NCBI GenBank assembly: GCA_017440375.1
Contig: JAFSHK010000059.1
Coordinates: 5,045 to 69,044, forward strand
DNA length: 64,000 nt
From: Lachnospiraceae bacterium
GTDB lineage: Bacteria > Bacillota > Clostridia > Lachnospirales > Lachnospiraceae
Direction: 5' to 3'
Shown here: positions 39,969 through 50,178 of the stretch, one piece after another
Numbering within the stretch: the first letter of the stretch is position 1
Layout: the number at the start of each line of letters is the position of its first letter
Notes under the pieces: model-generated
Told to the model about the DNA's origin: nothing
The model's input: only the letters and a program-made list of their open reading frames with translations
Databases searched by the model: none
Program-made: the position numbers and the translations under genes

Positions 39969-41216
39969 TTATCCTCTGACCTGTCCGTTTCCAACTATGG
40001 TATATTTATATGTCGTTAATTCTTTTAAGCCCATTGGTCCTCTGGCATGAAGCTTCTGGGTACTGATACCTATTTCCGCACCGAAACCAAACTCAAAACC
40101 ATCGGTAAATCTGGTAGAAGCATTTACATATACACAGGCAGAATCTATTCCCTGTAAAAACATCTGTGCATGTTCTTTGTTCTCTGTAATAATCGCATCA
40201 GAATGTTTGGTTGTATAACGATTAATATGAGCAATCGCTTCTTCCACCGATGCAACCGTTTTCATGGAAATAATATAGTCCAGATATTCGGTTCCGAAAT
40301 CCTCTTCTGTTGCCGCTTTACAATCCGGTAATACTTCTCTTACTTTTTCGTCGGCGCGCATTTCTACCTTCTTCTCACGAAGAGCTACGCCTAAAGCAGG
40401 TAATAACTTATCTGCAATCTTTTCATGAATAACGAGTGATTCACAGGCATTGCATACGCCGATACGCTGTGTCTTCGCATTCACAATAATCGGAATCGCT
40501 TTTTCGATATCTGCCTCTTCATCAATAAAAATATGACAATTTCCGGTTCCTGTTTCAATCACTGGAATCGTACTGTTCTCTACAACGGCACGAATGAGTC
40601 CGGCTCCACCTCTTGGAATCAGCACATCGACATACTGATTCAGCTTCATAAACTCGTTTGTTATCTGTCTGTCCGTATTTTCAATCAACTGAATCGCATC
40701 TGCCGGAATACCTTCCTTCTCCAATGTCTCACGAATAATATTGGTAATCGCAATATTGGAATGAATCGCATCCTTACCGCCTTTCAAAATAACAACATTT
40801 CCTGTTTTGAAACATAAACCGAAAGCATCCGCCGTTACATTCGGTCTGGATTCATAAATGATGCCGATAACCCCCATTGGTACACGTACCTTAGAAATCT
40901 GTAAACCGTTTGGTCTCTCAAACTGTTCCAACACTTCACCTAATGGATCCTGAAGCTGTGTAATCTGTATCAAGCCTTCTGCCATTCCGGCAATACGTTC
41001 GTCGTTTAATCTAAGACGGTCTAACATACCCGGATGCATACCGTTTGCCTCACCAACTTCTATATCCTTTGCATTTGCATCTATCATTTCCTGTTTTCTT
41101 GCAAGAAACGCATCGGCTACTGCCTGTAATGCCTTATCTTTTTTCTCCGTAGACAATGTCTGCAACACAAACTTTGCTGCGACCGCTTTTTGTCCGATTT
41201 CTTCTAAATATCTCAT
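39969..41216 (-). CDS. proA: Glutamate-5-semialdehyde dehydrogenase
   Basis: [42 protein letters not shown]. Confidence 0.95.
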   Translation of the reverse strand: MRYLEEIGQKAVAAKFVLQTLSTEKKDKALQAVADAFLARKQEMIDANAKDIEVGEANGMHPGMLDRLRLNDERIAGMAEGLIQITQLQDPLGEVLEQFERPNGLQISKVRVPMGVIGIIYESRPNVTADAFGLCFKTGNVVILKGGKDAIHSNIAITNIIRETLEKEGIPADAIQLIENTDRQITNEFMKLNQYVDVLIPRGGAGLIRAVVENSTIPVIETGTGNCHIFIDEEADIEKAIPIIVNAKTQRIGVCNACESLVIHEKIADKLLPALGVALREKKVEMRADEKVREVLPDCKAATEEDFGTEYLDYIISMKTVASVEEAIAHINRYTTKHSDAIITENKEHAQMFLQGIDSACVYVNASTRFTDGFEFGFGAEIGISTQKLHARGPMGLKELTTYKYTIVGNGQVRG

Positions 41217-41241
41217 TTGATTTCCTCACTCTCTATTCTTT

Positions 41242-41922
41242 TTATATCTGTTCTTCTGTCAAAATCATCTCCGGCCTGATATCGTGTTCTTCTGCCGGAA
41301 CTTCTTTAACAATCTGACAGGAAAAAGCAAGTGCAATTATACAAATGTCCGGAAACTCCATTTGCTTTGATGCAACTACTTTCTTATTCCCTTCTGCCAC
41401 TTTATTCAGATATCTATCATAAAAACCTTTGCCATAACCGATACGGTGTCTTTCTTTATCAAACACCGCACCCGGCATCAGCATCAAAATCTGTTGCATT
41501 CCCGCTATCTGGTTTTCTGTGTCCGCAATATCTGTACCTAGTGCCATCTTTTCCGGTTCAAATTTTCGCTCCGGTTCCGGCAACGGTTCCCAAATCCCCT
41601 TGTAGCCTTCCCTAAGCTCATTTAAGCCTAGAATCCGATAAAAATCCATCTCTTCGCCTTGTACCGTCGGACAGTAAACTTCTTTCCCCTCTGCAAGCGC
41701 TCTCTCAATGAGTGGTGTCGTAATGACTTCGCTCTGATAGTCTACATAAGCCAGTATCACATCTGCCTTCTGATAAACGGGCATCTGATATAATTTCTGC
41801 CTTATTATTTCACTCTTTTCTTCTCGTTCTGTCTTTGACAATCCATTACGTATCTTCAAAATATGTTTTCGCAGAAGCTTTTTTTCTTCTGAAAAAGATA
41901 ATTGCAATTGTTCATTCGTCAT
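41242..41922 (-). CDS. 5-formyltetrahydrofolate cyclo-ligase
   Basis: KKLLRK, SEV.T, MPGAVFD, RIGYGKGFYDRYL, EEHD. Confidence 0.88.
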   Translation of the reverse strand: MTNEQLQLSFSEEKKLLRKHILKIRNGLSKTEREEKSEIIRQKLYQMPVYQKADVILAYVDYQSEVITTPLIERALAEGKEVYCPTVQGEEMDFYRILGLNELREGYKGIWEPLPEPERKFEPEKMALGTDIADTENQIAGMQQILMLMPGAVFDKERHRIGYGKGFYDRYLNKVAEGNKKVVASKQMEFPDICIIALAFSCQIVKEVPAEEHDIRPEMILTEEQI

Positions 41923-41928
41923 ATTTTC

Positions 41929-42162
41929 TCAATGCGTTCCCTTTTGTCCGAATTTCTCGCCTAAATCTGTTATGGAACCATCTTTTTCTACAATAGAAAT
42001 ATTGTTAAGCTGACCTCGTAAATGAGCTTTTACATTCTCAATATAAGCACTTCTAAGTTCCGCCTGTTCCTTCTTTTCTTCTTCTGTCAATCCTTCTGCT
42101 TTCGATTTATGGTATAACGCATTGATTCTTTGAACCATTTCTTCTACAGTCACTTTTTTCAT
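41929..42162 (-). CDS. DUF896 (UPF0291) small protein
   Basis: RINALYHKSKAEGLTEEEKKEQAELRSAYI. Start 42162 after AAGGAG. Confidence 0.85.
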   Translation of the reverse strand: MKKVTVEEMVQRINALYHKSKAEGLTEEEKKEQAELRSAYIENVKAHLRGQLNNISIVEKDGSITDLGEKFGQKGTH

Positions 42163-42172
42163 CTCCTTTTCC

Positions 42173-43030
42173 CTATTTGTGCATCTGCTGTACATATAAC
42201 GGCAAATCAAATGCTTCATCCTTGTGTGCCATAAATAAGGTTCCGATATTTCTGCCGTCCAAAATACGATGAATTACTTTAATATCTTTGCTGTTCGCAA
42301 TAACCATATCCACTCCGGTGCTGTTAGCAATCTTGGCTGCCTGCAGTTTGGTATTCATACCGCCGGTTCCAACGTTGCTTCCGGTAGAACCTTTTCCCAT
42401 ATCCATAAGTTCGTCTGTTAACGCTTCGACTACTTCAATGAATTTTGCATCCGGATTTTTATGCGGATCATCGGTATAAAGTCCATCAATATCGGATAAC
42501 AAAAGCAACAAATCTGCTCCTACCAAAGAAGCTACAATTGCGGATAATGTATCATTATCACCGATTTCAATTTCGTATGTAGCGACCGTATCATTTTCGT
42601 TTACAATCGGAATAACTCCCAGCTTAAAAAGTTCTGCAAAAGTATTCTGTGCATTGTAACGATTCAGATTGTCTACAATTGTATTTTTGGTCATCAAAAT
42701 CTGTGCTGCCACCTGATTGTATTCTGCAAAAATCTTCTGATAAGTCATCATCAGTCTTGCCTGTCCGACTGCCGCACACGCCTGTTTCACTGCAATCGGA
42801 TTATCTTTTTCTATGCCTTTTAAATGCACTGCTTTTTTTCCTACCGCAATTGCACCGGAAGTTACCAGTACTACATCTTTTCCCTGATTGCGCAAATCAC
42901 ATAATTCCCTTACAAGAACATCTAATTTCGTATAATCCAAATCTCCTGTTTCTGCATGCTGTAAGGAAGAAGAACCAATTTTAATTACGATTCTCTTTTT
43001 ATCTTTAATCCTCTCTCTTAAATCTGCCAT
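42173..43030 (-). CDS. proB: Glutamate 5-kinase (no PUA domain)
   Basis: IKIGSSSL, VTSGA, AVGQ, NEND, GDNDTLSA, GTGGMNTK. Confidence 0.95.
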   Translation of the reverse strand: MADLRERIKDKKRIVIKIGSSSLQHAETGDLDYTKLDVLVRELCDLRNQGKDVVLVTSGAIAVGKKAVHLKGIEKDNPIAVKQACAAVGQARLMMTYQKIFAEYNQVAAQILMTKNTIVDNLNRYNAQNTFAELFKLGVIPIVNENDTVATYEIEIGDNDTLSAIVASLVGADLLLLLSDIDGLYTDDPHKNPDAKFIEVVEALTDELMDMGKGSTGSNVGTGGMNTKLQAAKIANSTGVDMVIANSKDIKVIHRILDGRNIGTLFMAHKDEAFDLPLYVQQMHK

Positions 43031-43093
43031 TTTTCAATTTATCCTTTCTCTACTCCTCTTATGTCTATACACATTATCTACATCAAAAAATCC

Positions 43094-44725
43094 TTAACTT
43101 ACAGGCTGATATATTGCTGCTATTTTCTCCGCAATTAACATCCCATCCATTGCTGCAGACGTAATTCCACCTGCATAACCGGCGCCCTCACCACAAGGGA
43201 ACAAACCACACACTTGTGCCTGTCCGCTCTCATCTCTGTGAATCCGTATCGGTGAAGAGGTTCGGCTTTCGATTCCTGACACATAAGCCCCACTGTCATC
43301 AAAACCGGGTAAAACTCTGCCAAATTGTTCCATACCCTCCACAAACGACTCCCGTAACGCTTCCGGTAAAACCTCATGCACCGGAGCCTGTCTGTAAGCG
43401 CCTTTGATAGCGGGGGCAAATGATGGATATTTTTGTATTATCTCAGAGGGTCGCACTGCATCTCCCGTTACTGCTGTTTGGAATTCTCCATAGGTTTCCA
43501 CCGGAACACATCCCTGTCCGATGGCAAAAGCTTTTTCTTCCAGTTTTCGTTGAAAAGCAATACCGGATAGCGGATGATTACTTTCAAAATCCTCCGGAGT
43601 TACGGTAACAATAATGGCACTGTTACTGTTCTCTCCGTTTCTGCTGCTGTAACTCATACCGTTTATAGCAAGTCTGTTTTGCTCCGAAGAAGCATTTACT
43701 ACATAGCCACCGGGACACATACAGAAAGAATATACCCCTCTGCCATTGCCTGCCCTAGCGGTTACTTTATAGCTTGCGGTAGGAAGATACTTACTTTCTT
43801 CCATTCCGTACTGTATCTGATTCATCATTTTTCGTGGATGTTCTACGCGTAGCCCAACTGCAAAAGATTTTGCTTCCATAGGAACGTTTCGTTCAAACAA
43901 CATCTCAAATGTATCTCTGGCACTATGACCAATAGCAAGTACTACTACATCTGTTTCCAAAGACTCACCATCATTAATCACAAGCCCTTTTATCCGGCTT
44001 GTATTTGCATTCTGTTCTACTAACAAATCTGTCACCCGATTTTCAAAGCGTACTTCACCGCCCCATGCAATAATCTGCTCACGCATACGACGTACCACAT
44101 GTAAAAGGACATCCGTTCCGATGTGTGGTTTGGCTTCATACAAAATTTCTTCAGGAGCTCCCGCTTCTACAAAAATACGAAGCACTTCTTTGTTTCTGCC
44201 AAATTTATCTTTCACCAACGTGTTTAATTTTCCATCTGAAAAAGTACCTGCACCGCCTTCTCCAAACTGTACGTTAGAATTCGTATCAAGTACTCCTGTT
44301 TCCCAAAACTTCTCTACGTCCTTCTGTCTACTTTCCACATCTTTGCCACGCTCTAACAGAATCGGACGATAGCCGTACTTGGCAAGCAGATATCCACAGA
44401 ATAATCCCGCCGGACCGGTTCCGATAATAACAGGTCGTTTCGAAAGAGGCAAATTGCCGTTCTTGGGAAACACATACTTTTTCTCTTCTACTTTCTGTAT
44501 CTGATTTCCTTTGGCACGTTTTAAAACCGTTTCTTCCTTCTTCACCGATACATCCAGCACATAAGTCAAATAAATTTCCGGTTTCTTTCTGGCATCAATC
44601 GATTTTTTCACAATCTGCCATGAAAGAATATCCGCTTTTCCTATATGTAAAATTTTCACTGCCTTACTTATCAATTCTTCTTCCGAATGGATAAGTGGCA
44701 TTTTTATCTGATTTACTCTTATCAT
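43094..44725 (-). CDS. Uncharacterised FAD-dependent oxidoreductase
   Basis: IGTGPAG, GEGGAGTFSDGKL, FCMCPGG, GEGAGYAGGITSAA. Confidence 0.85.
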   Translation of the reverse strand: MIRVNQIKMPLIHSEEELISKAVKILHIGKADILSWQIVKKSIDARKKPEIYLTYVLDVSVKKEETVLKRAKGNQIQKVEEKKYVFPKNGNLPLSKRPVIIGTGPAGLFCGYLLAKYGYRPILLERGKDVESRQKDVEKFWETGVLDTNSNVQFGEGGAGTFSDGKLNTLVKDKFGRNKEVLRIFVEAGAPEEILYEAKPHIGTDVLLHVVRRMREQIIAWGGEVRFENRVTDLLVEQNANTSRIKGLVINDGESLETDVVVLAIGHSARDTFEMLFERNVPMEAKSFAVGLRVEHPRKMMNQIQYGMEESKYLPTASYKVTARAGNGRGVYSFCMCPGGYVVNASSEQNRLAINGMSYSSRNGENSNSAIIVTVTPEDFESNHPLSGIAFQRKLEEKAFAIGQGCVPVETYGEFQTAVTGDAVRPSEIIQKYPSFAPAIKGAYRQAPVHEVLPEALRESFVEGMEQFGRVLPGFDDSGAYVSGIESRTSSPIRIHRDESGQAQVCGLFPCGEGAGYAGGITSAAMDGMLIAEKIAAIYQPVS

Positions 44726-44735
44726 AATTTTATTC

Positions 44736-45962
44736 TCATATTATTTTTCCTGCTGCTGCGCATCCCGCAATCGTTCCACTTGTCCATGCCCACTGCAAAT
44801 TATAGCCGCCACAGATTCCATCCATGTCAATCATTTCTCCGGCAAAATATAAATGTGGTATAAGCTTGGATTCTAACGTATCCGTAAGTTCCTTTGCCAC
44901 AACTCCTCCGGCACTAACCTGTGCCTGGTCAAATCCATTCGTTGCCTGTACTGTAACCGTGAGCGCACGATATAAACTTTCGATTTTCTCTCGTTTGGAA
45001 CGACTTAATTCCGCTACCTTATCAAGTGGTTTACAACTTGATAACTTTATTATCAATTGGTTTACTTTTTTATTCGCCACACCGGTCAGAAATTGCTCCA
45101 AATTCTGCTCTTTCTGACGATTCCAACGTTCCTGCCAGAACTGCCCATATTCTTTTTCATCATTTTTATCAAATTGAGGCAAAAAGTTGATGGAAACTGT
45201 TACTTTCTTTTTGTTCATAAGCGCATAAGCTGCTTCACGGCTAAACTGAAATACCGGAATGCCGGAAATACCATAATCCGTAAGCTGCAACTCTCCCTGC
45301 ACACAGCTTCGTTCTTGCCCATCAATAAAAAGAGTCAGCTCCGCTCCGGTACGCACACCTGCCACACCTTTGAAAAAGTCTTCTTTACATCGAAGCTGTA
45401 CCAAAGCCGGAACTAATTCTGTCACATGATGTCCAAGTGCTGTTGCCAGTTTAAAACCATTTCCGTCTGAGCCCGTTTTCGGTGCTGCCTTGCCACCACA
45501 GGCAAGAATTACCGCATCGTAAACTTCTTTTCCTACTTGCAATTGTTCTCCCTTTACAGGTTTAATCGCTTCTACTTTACAATCTGTATAGACCTGCACT
45601 TTCTCTTTTTCCAGTGCAAAACGCAGAATATCAAGTACGGTTGCTGCCTGTTCCGATGCCGGATACAGATAACCATTTCTGTCTTTGATTAACATCCCTT
45701 CCTTACGGAAGAAATCAACCGTTTTCTCTACATTAAACAATGGAAAAAGTTTATCATACATAGAAACGGCACTACCATAATATGCCTGTGAACTCATATC
45801 TGTATTGGAAAAATTACATTTGCCGTTTCCGGTAGCCAGTATCTTTTTCCCGACTCTGTCATTTCGCTCATAAAGTTCTACCTTGGCACCGGCTCTTGCT
45901 GCTTGTATTGCTGCCATCATTCCGGCTGCACCACCGCCAATTACTGCAATTTTTTTTCCCAT
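44736..45962 (-). CDS. HI0933/BaiN-like flavoprotein
   Basis: IGGGAAGMMAA, GKKILATGNGKCN, GSDGNG, GGYNLQWAWTSG. Confidence 0.88.
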   Translation of the reverse strand: MGKKIAVIGGGAAGMMAAIQAARAGAKVELYERNDRVGKKILATGNGKCNFSNTDMSSQAYYGSAVSMYDKLFPLFNVEKTVDFFRKEGMLIKDRNGYLYPASEQAATVLDILRFALEKEKVQVYTDCKVEAIKPVKGEQLQVGKEVYDAVILACGGKAAPKTGSDGNGFKLATALGHHVTELVPALVQLRCKEDFFKGVAGVRTGAELTLFIDGQERSCVQGELQLTDYGISGIPVFQFSREAAYALMNKKKVTVSINFLPQFDKNDEKEYGQFWQERWNRQKEQNLEQFLTGVANKKVNQLIIKLSSCKPLDKVAELSRSKREKIESLYRALTVTVQATNGFDQAQVSAGGVVAKELTDTLESKLIPHLYFAGEMIDMDGICGGYNLQWAWTSGTIAGCAAAGKII

Positions 45963-46037
45963 TTGTTTATAATTTCTTTCCTGTTATTCTTTTTTTTCTA
46001 CTGTTTTTTCGTATCTACACTATTTTTTATCATATCA

Positions 46038-46724
46038 CTAACTGGAATAAGACTCAAGAAAATTATACAACGCATGCTCGTTCTCCATATATTTCCCTTG
46101 TATAATTTCATCTTGAAGTTCAGGACTCAAATTTTCCAATAAAATATCTGTATTCATATAAATGGTCTTTTTATCTTCTTTATATACAATTACAAAATGG
46201 TCTGCTACCATCAGATAAAAGCCTTGCTCCTCTTCTTCCGGTCGGTAATATTTACAAATAACTACTCTGTCTTTTGAAAATGCAGATAATTCAATGGTTT
46301 CAAATCCAAGTTCTAAATCTTTCAAGGCTGGATTACTATCATATGCTTCCAATTCTTTCATCAGGCTTTCTCTGTCCAGTCCAATATATTTCACCGGAAT
46401 GACTTCTTCCTTTTCTTCAATTGTACCATCTGACAAATTCACTTCCTCTATCAGATATTTGGTATCTGCTGTTATAACCGGAATCTCTTCCACAATTGCT
46501 TCGATAACCTGTTCTTCCTTTATTTCTGCTTCTCTTCCTATTTCTTGTCCTATTTCGTGTCTTGCTTCATTTTGTGTTTGTTCCCTTTCATAACGATTCG
46601 GATAAAAGAATTGTTCCATTTTGATTGTCACATAACTACCGGACAGAAACAAAATTCCTCCAACAACACAAAAAAGACTGATACGTTTCACAAGTTTCAT
46701 TACGATAAGCCTTGCCTTTCTCAC
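46038..46724 (-). CDS. Hypothetical membrane-anchored protein, BofC C-terminal-like (sporulation)
   Basis: N-terminal TM; C-terminus TDILLENLSPELQDEIIQG...LYNFLESYSS resembles BofC_C-type proteins. Confidence 0.55.
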   Translation of the reverse strand: MRKARLIVMKLVKRISLFCVVGGILFLSGSYVTIKMEQFFYPNRYEREQTQNEARHEIGQEIGREAEIKEEQVIEAIVEEIPVITADTKYLIEEVNLSDGTIEEKEEVIPVKYIGLDRESLMKELEAYDSNPALKDLELGFETIELSAFSKDRVVICKYYRPEEEEQGFYLMVADHFVIVYKEDKKTIYMNTDILLENLSPELQDEIIQGKYMENEHALYNFLESYSS

Positions 46725-46803
46725 AAAATCCTTTGTAATCAGTATCAGTCAAAAAAATCTTTTTATTCAATTATATTCCATTTTCGTTCTATTACTATTT
46801 AGG

Positions 46804-48462
46804 TTACAGCACACCAATCATTCTGCCCAGTGTAATCCAGATATTGCCAAACGGCATTCTGGAGAGTTCGCCTTCGTTCACTACGCGAAGTACTATTAAC
46901 ATGATAATATATAAGACAGTACTTACCAGACAACTGATAATAATTGTCATAATCTCGCCTACCATGCTTAACAGTAATTTGTTCAAAAGCATTGCTACCA
47001 AACCGGCAACACATGCCGAAATCGCCGGAAAAGCTACCGCAGAAATCCATTCCTGTCTATATTTTAGCTTTCTGCTTGCAAAAAAGAAACACAAAATTGC
47101 TAATATGGCTGTAAACAAAATCACCGAATAAACCACACCATTACCGCCAAGCAATGCTTTGCGTACCAGCAAATAAATCGCTACCAAATGTACTACAAAA
47201 GAAATTAGCAAGGCTAAGACCAGTTCTTTGGTCATGTGCACCTTAAGCATAATCTGACCGAACAAGTAAGCAACACCATAGAGCACAATAATGGCAGTCC
47301 CCTGTCTCAGCATATCAATTGCAAATGCATTTTCTCCCTTGTAGAAGCCTTTCACAAAAGCTTCTGCCAAAACTGCCAGATATATCGCTACTGGAAATGC
47401 AACCATACATACTTTCTTCATTGCACTGCCAATCCGATCACGCATCATACGATATTCTTCTTTTTCATATGCCATTGAAATCTTGCCAATATATCCATGT
47501 ACTGCCAAACAGACAAGTGCGCAGCCAATTCCTATTAAAACTGCAAACTTTCCATAATAAGCTCCCCACAATGTGGTTCTGACATCACCTTGTCCGGTTC
47601 GATTCATGCAATAATTGAAAAATCTCTGATCCATCAGCATAAATACGTTTGAAAGCATCACAATAAGCACCACCGGAAGTCCATTACTGAAGAATAATCC
47701 TGCAACTTCTCCATCGGTTTCCAATCTCTTGCCACTATCCTGCATGATTTGACGTTTCCAGGTTCCGGAATAAATACCGAATACAAACAAAAGATATATG
47801 AGTGTAACCATCTGCGCCGTCATCATTCCCAGAACAACACCCAATGCACCATAGGCATAAGCAACCATTTTATTTTGCAAAAGTGCGGCGGCTTTCTCTC
47901 CATAGGAATAAACCATTTTGCCGCCTGCAATCATACAGATAAGCATCGCTATTTTCTCAATATATTGGGATTGTGCAACAAGTACACCAAAGCCATTCCC
48001 GTTAAAATAACCTCTGAAAACACTAATTAGTGCTGCTAAAACAATAACCGGTGCAACCGCCATTATTGCCTTCTGACTCATAGATTCCAATACAACAATT
48101 TCAGAAAGGAAACCGGAACCTAAAACAATTGCTACTGCAAAAATGATGGCTAATAAAATCGAAATCTTAAATGCCACATGGAATACTTTTCTGGCACTTC
48201 TATATTGCTCTCTTTTCATACGATACCGAATAAGTCCCGTCATGGTTCTGGATATTCCGTATGCGAACACAATTGTCACCAATGCCGCAATTTCCAGTGC
48301 AGGTGCCACTAATCCGATTCCAGCATCACCAATCATCCCAGAAAGCGGAATTCTGATGAAAAGACTCATCATATATGTGATAATGCCTGCATAAACTGTC
48401 ATATTACTCTTAAAACCTCTGCCTCTCCCTCTCACAGAAGCTTCTCTCTTGTGTATTTTCAT
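46804..48462 (-). CDS. MOP-superfamily flippase (SpoVB/MurJ-like)
   Basis: RIPL..IGD.G.G, FRGYFNG, SQ.IE, DQ; about 14 TM segments. Confidence 0.75.
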   Translation of the reverse strand: MKIHKREASVRGRGRGFKSNMTVYAGIITYMMSLFIRIPLSGMIGDAGIGLVAPALEIAALVTIVFAYGISRTMTGLIRYRMKREQYRSARKVFHVAFKISILLAIIFAVAIVLGSGFLSEIVVLESMSQKAIMAVAPVIVLAALISVFRGYFNGNGFGVLVAQSQYIEKIAMLICMIAGGKMVYSYGEKAAALLQNKMVAYAYGALGVVLGMMTAQMVTLIYLLFVFGIYSGTWKRQIMQDSGKRLETDGEVAGLFFSNGLPVVLIVMLSNVFMLMDQRFFNYCMNRTGQGDVRTTLWGAYYGKFAVLIGIGCALVCLAVHGYIGKISMAYEKEEYRMMRDRIGSAMKKVCMVAFPVAIYLAVLAEAFVKGFYKGENAFAIDMLRQGTAIIVLYGVAYLFGQIMLKVHMTKELVLALLISFVVHLVAIYLLVRKALLGGNGVVYSVILFTAILAILCFFFASRKLKYRQEWISAVAFPAISACVAGLVAMLLNKLLLSMVGEIMTIIISCLVSTVLYIIMLIVLRVVNEGELSRMPFGNIWITLGRMIGVL

Positions 48463-48482
48463 TCTATTTCTATGCCTTCCCT

Positions 48483-48986
48483 TTACTCTCTTGTAATACC
48501 AAGCTGTGTCAATATCGCTTCCTGCTTCTGTTCCATCACAGTAGCCTCATCTGCTTCCATATGGTCATAACCACACAAATGAAACATACTGTGTGCGGTT
48601 AAAAATGCAAACTCTCGTAGTACACTATGTCCGTACGCTTTCGCCTGCTCTTCTACTTTATCTACGGAAATAATAATATCTCCCAGAATCAGTTCTCCGC
48701 TATCCGGGTCAAAACAATCTGCTTCGTCCATTTCTTCTACGATGGAAAAATCGCCTTCCTCTTCGTAATCAATATTCGGAAAAGAAAGCACATCTGTTTC
48801 ACGATCAATTTCCCTATAATCTCTGTTATAATTACGAATCCCCTCATTATCCGTCAATAACAGATTGATACATACTTCATAAGGGCACTGTTCCATTTCC
48901 AGTACCGCATCAACAATTTTCTCAAATAATTCCTGTACATCAAACGAAAACTCTTTCTTCGTTTCATTCTCAACGTAAGAAGTCAT
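48483..48986 (-). CDS. ybeY: Endoribonuclease YbeY
   Basis: NRDYREIDRETDVLSFP, LGDIIIS, HSMFHLCGYDH. Start 48986. Confidence 0.92.
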   Translation of the reverse strand: MTSYVENETKKEFSFDVQELFEKIVDAVLEMEQCPYEVCINLLLTDNEGIRNYNRDYREIDRETDVLSFPNIDYEEEGDFSIVEEMDEADCFDPDSGELILGDIIISVDKVEEQAKAYGHSVLREFAFLTAHSMFHLCGYDHMEADEATVMEQKQEAILTQLGITRE

Positions 48987-50178
48987 AATATAATTTCTCC
49001 TCAATAAATATCCTGCGCATTTCCTGCAACTGCGCAAGCGAAATGTCATTTTGCCACAAATCATGGCTTTCTACTATTTTTTTACGGAAGACTGCATCCA
49101 CAATCTGCTGATAATCCAGTTCTGCCTTCGAATCTTTTGAAAACAAATACAAAATAGTCGAAACAATACGATCCGAAAACAGAATAACAACCGCCTCTTT
49201 TGACACCATAGGCTGGGACGGGTCTACATACTCCTGCAATAATTTTCTTGCATTCGGTGGGAAATGATATTCCTCACAAATTGCTTCTATGTTCTCCCAT
49301 GTATTCTCGCCTTTTAACTGCCCGATACGATGATAATAACCGCCTGCTTTAACTGCCAAATCATCCAACCCGAGACTTCGGGCTATCTTATCACTTAAAT
49401 ACGCCGTATGTATGGCATGATAATACTCCTCTTTGGACTTCTCTTTTAATTGAACAAGTAAGGGACACTCCGGGTCATTCAATTCTAAATAGCGCTCCCT
49501 GTATTTGTGAATCACACTATTACTGAATATCTTCAAAACAATCAGCAAAAGAATAAAGGTCAGCATCAGATTAAATGCAGAAATCGTAAGCTGTGATAAA
49601 TTAAATTTCTCCTGTTCAAATAAAACCAAATTCGCCGTCAGACAAATCATCAGACATAGTAACGAAATAAAGATAGGTAATCCGACTTTAAAGTTCGTAT
49701 TCAGCCTGTTAAATACCATAATAGCTACCAGACCACTGAAAAAGTACAAGAAAAATTCCCGATAACTTCCGTCGGTTTCCAACATAACCGAAAGCATTAA
49801 GCAAACACTTCCCGCTATCAAACCGGAAATACTATTGCTAAACAGGCTAAGCACAACAAATATTACCAAAAATGGCCATCCTGCAACCGGAAGAAGCGGA
49901 AAAAGAGCCGCCGCCGCTAAAGCTATTATATAAAATCTGCAAAAATTCTTATACTCACCTTGATTCTGATAGAAAAACAATCCATTTATTTCACTGGCCA
50001 CAAGTGCAAACAATACAATACCTGTACCAAGCATCACCATAACTACATTACAAATGATCTCATTTATTTCTCTGCTATATAAAAAACTGCTTACACCCGT
50101 TATTATTCCAGACAGAAAAAATACAAGAATAAACTGTATTATCTGCTTTCTTCTCTGTTTTTTGTTATTTTCGTCCAT
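48970..50178 (-). CDS. 7TM-HD (PgpH/YqfF-like) membrane protein with a degenerate HD domain
   Basis: Lies between phoH and ybeY. About 8 TM segments, then YLELNDPECPLL, YYH, YYHRIG (HD changed to HR), SKEAVVILFSD. Start 50178. Confidence 0.7.
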   Translation of the reverse strand: MDENNKKQRRKQIIQFILVFFLSGIITGVSSFLYSREINEIICNVVMVMLGTGIVLFALVASEINGLFFYQNQGEYKNFCRFYIIALAAAALFPLLPVAGWPFLVIFVVLSLFSNSISGLIAGSVCLMLSVMLETDGSYREFFLYFFSGLVAIMVFNRLNTNFKVGLPIFISLLCLMICLTANLVLFEQEKFNLSQLTISAFNLMLTFILLLIVLKIFSNSVIHKYRERYLELNDPECPLLVQLKEKSKEEYYHAIHTAYLSDKIARSLGLDDLAVKAGGYYHRIGQLKGENTWENIEAICEEYHFPPNARKLLQEYVDPSQPMVSKEAVVILFSDRIVSTILYLFSKDSKAELDYQQIVDAVFRKKIVESHDLWQNDISLAQLQEMRRIFIEEKLYYDFLR

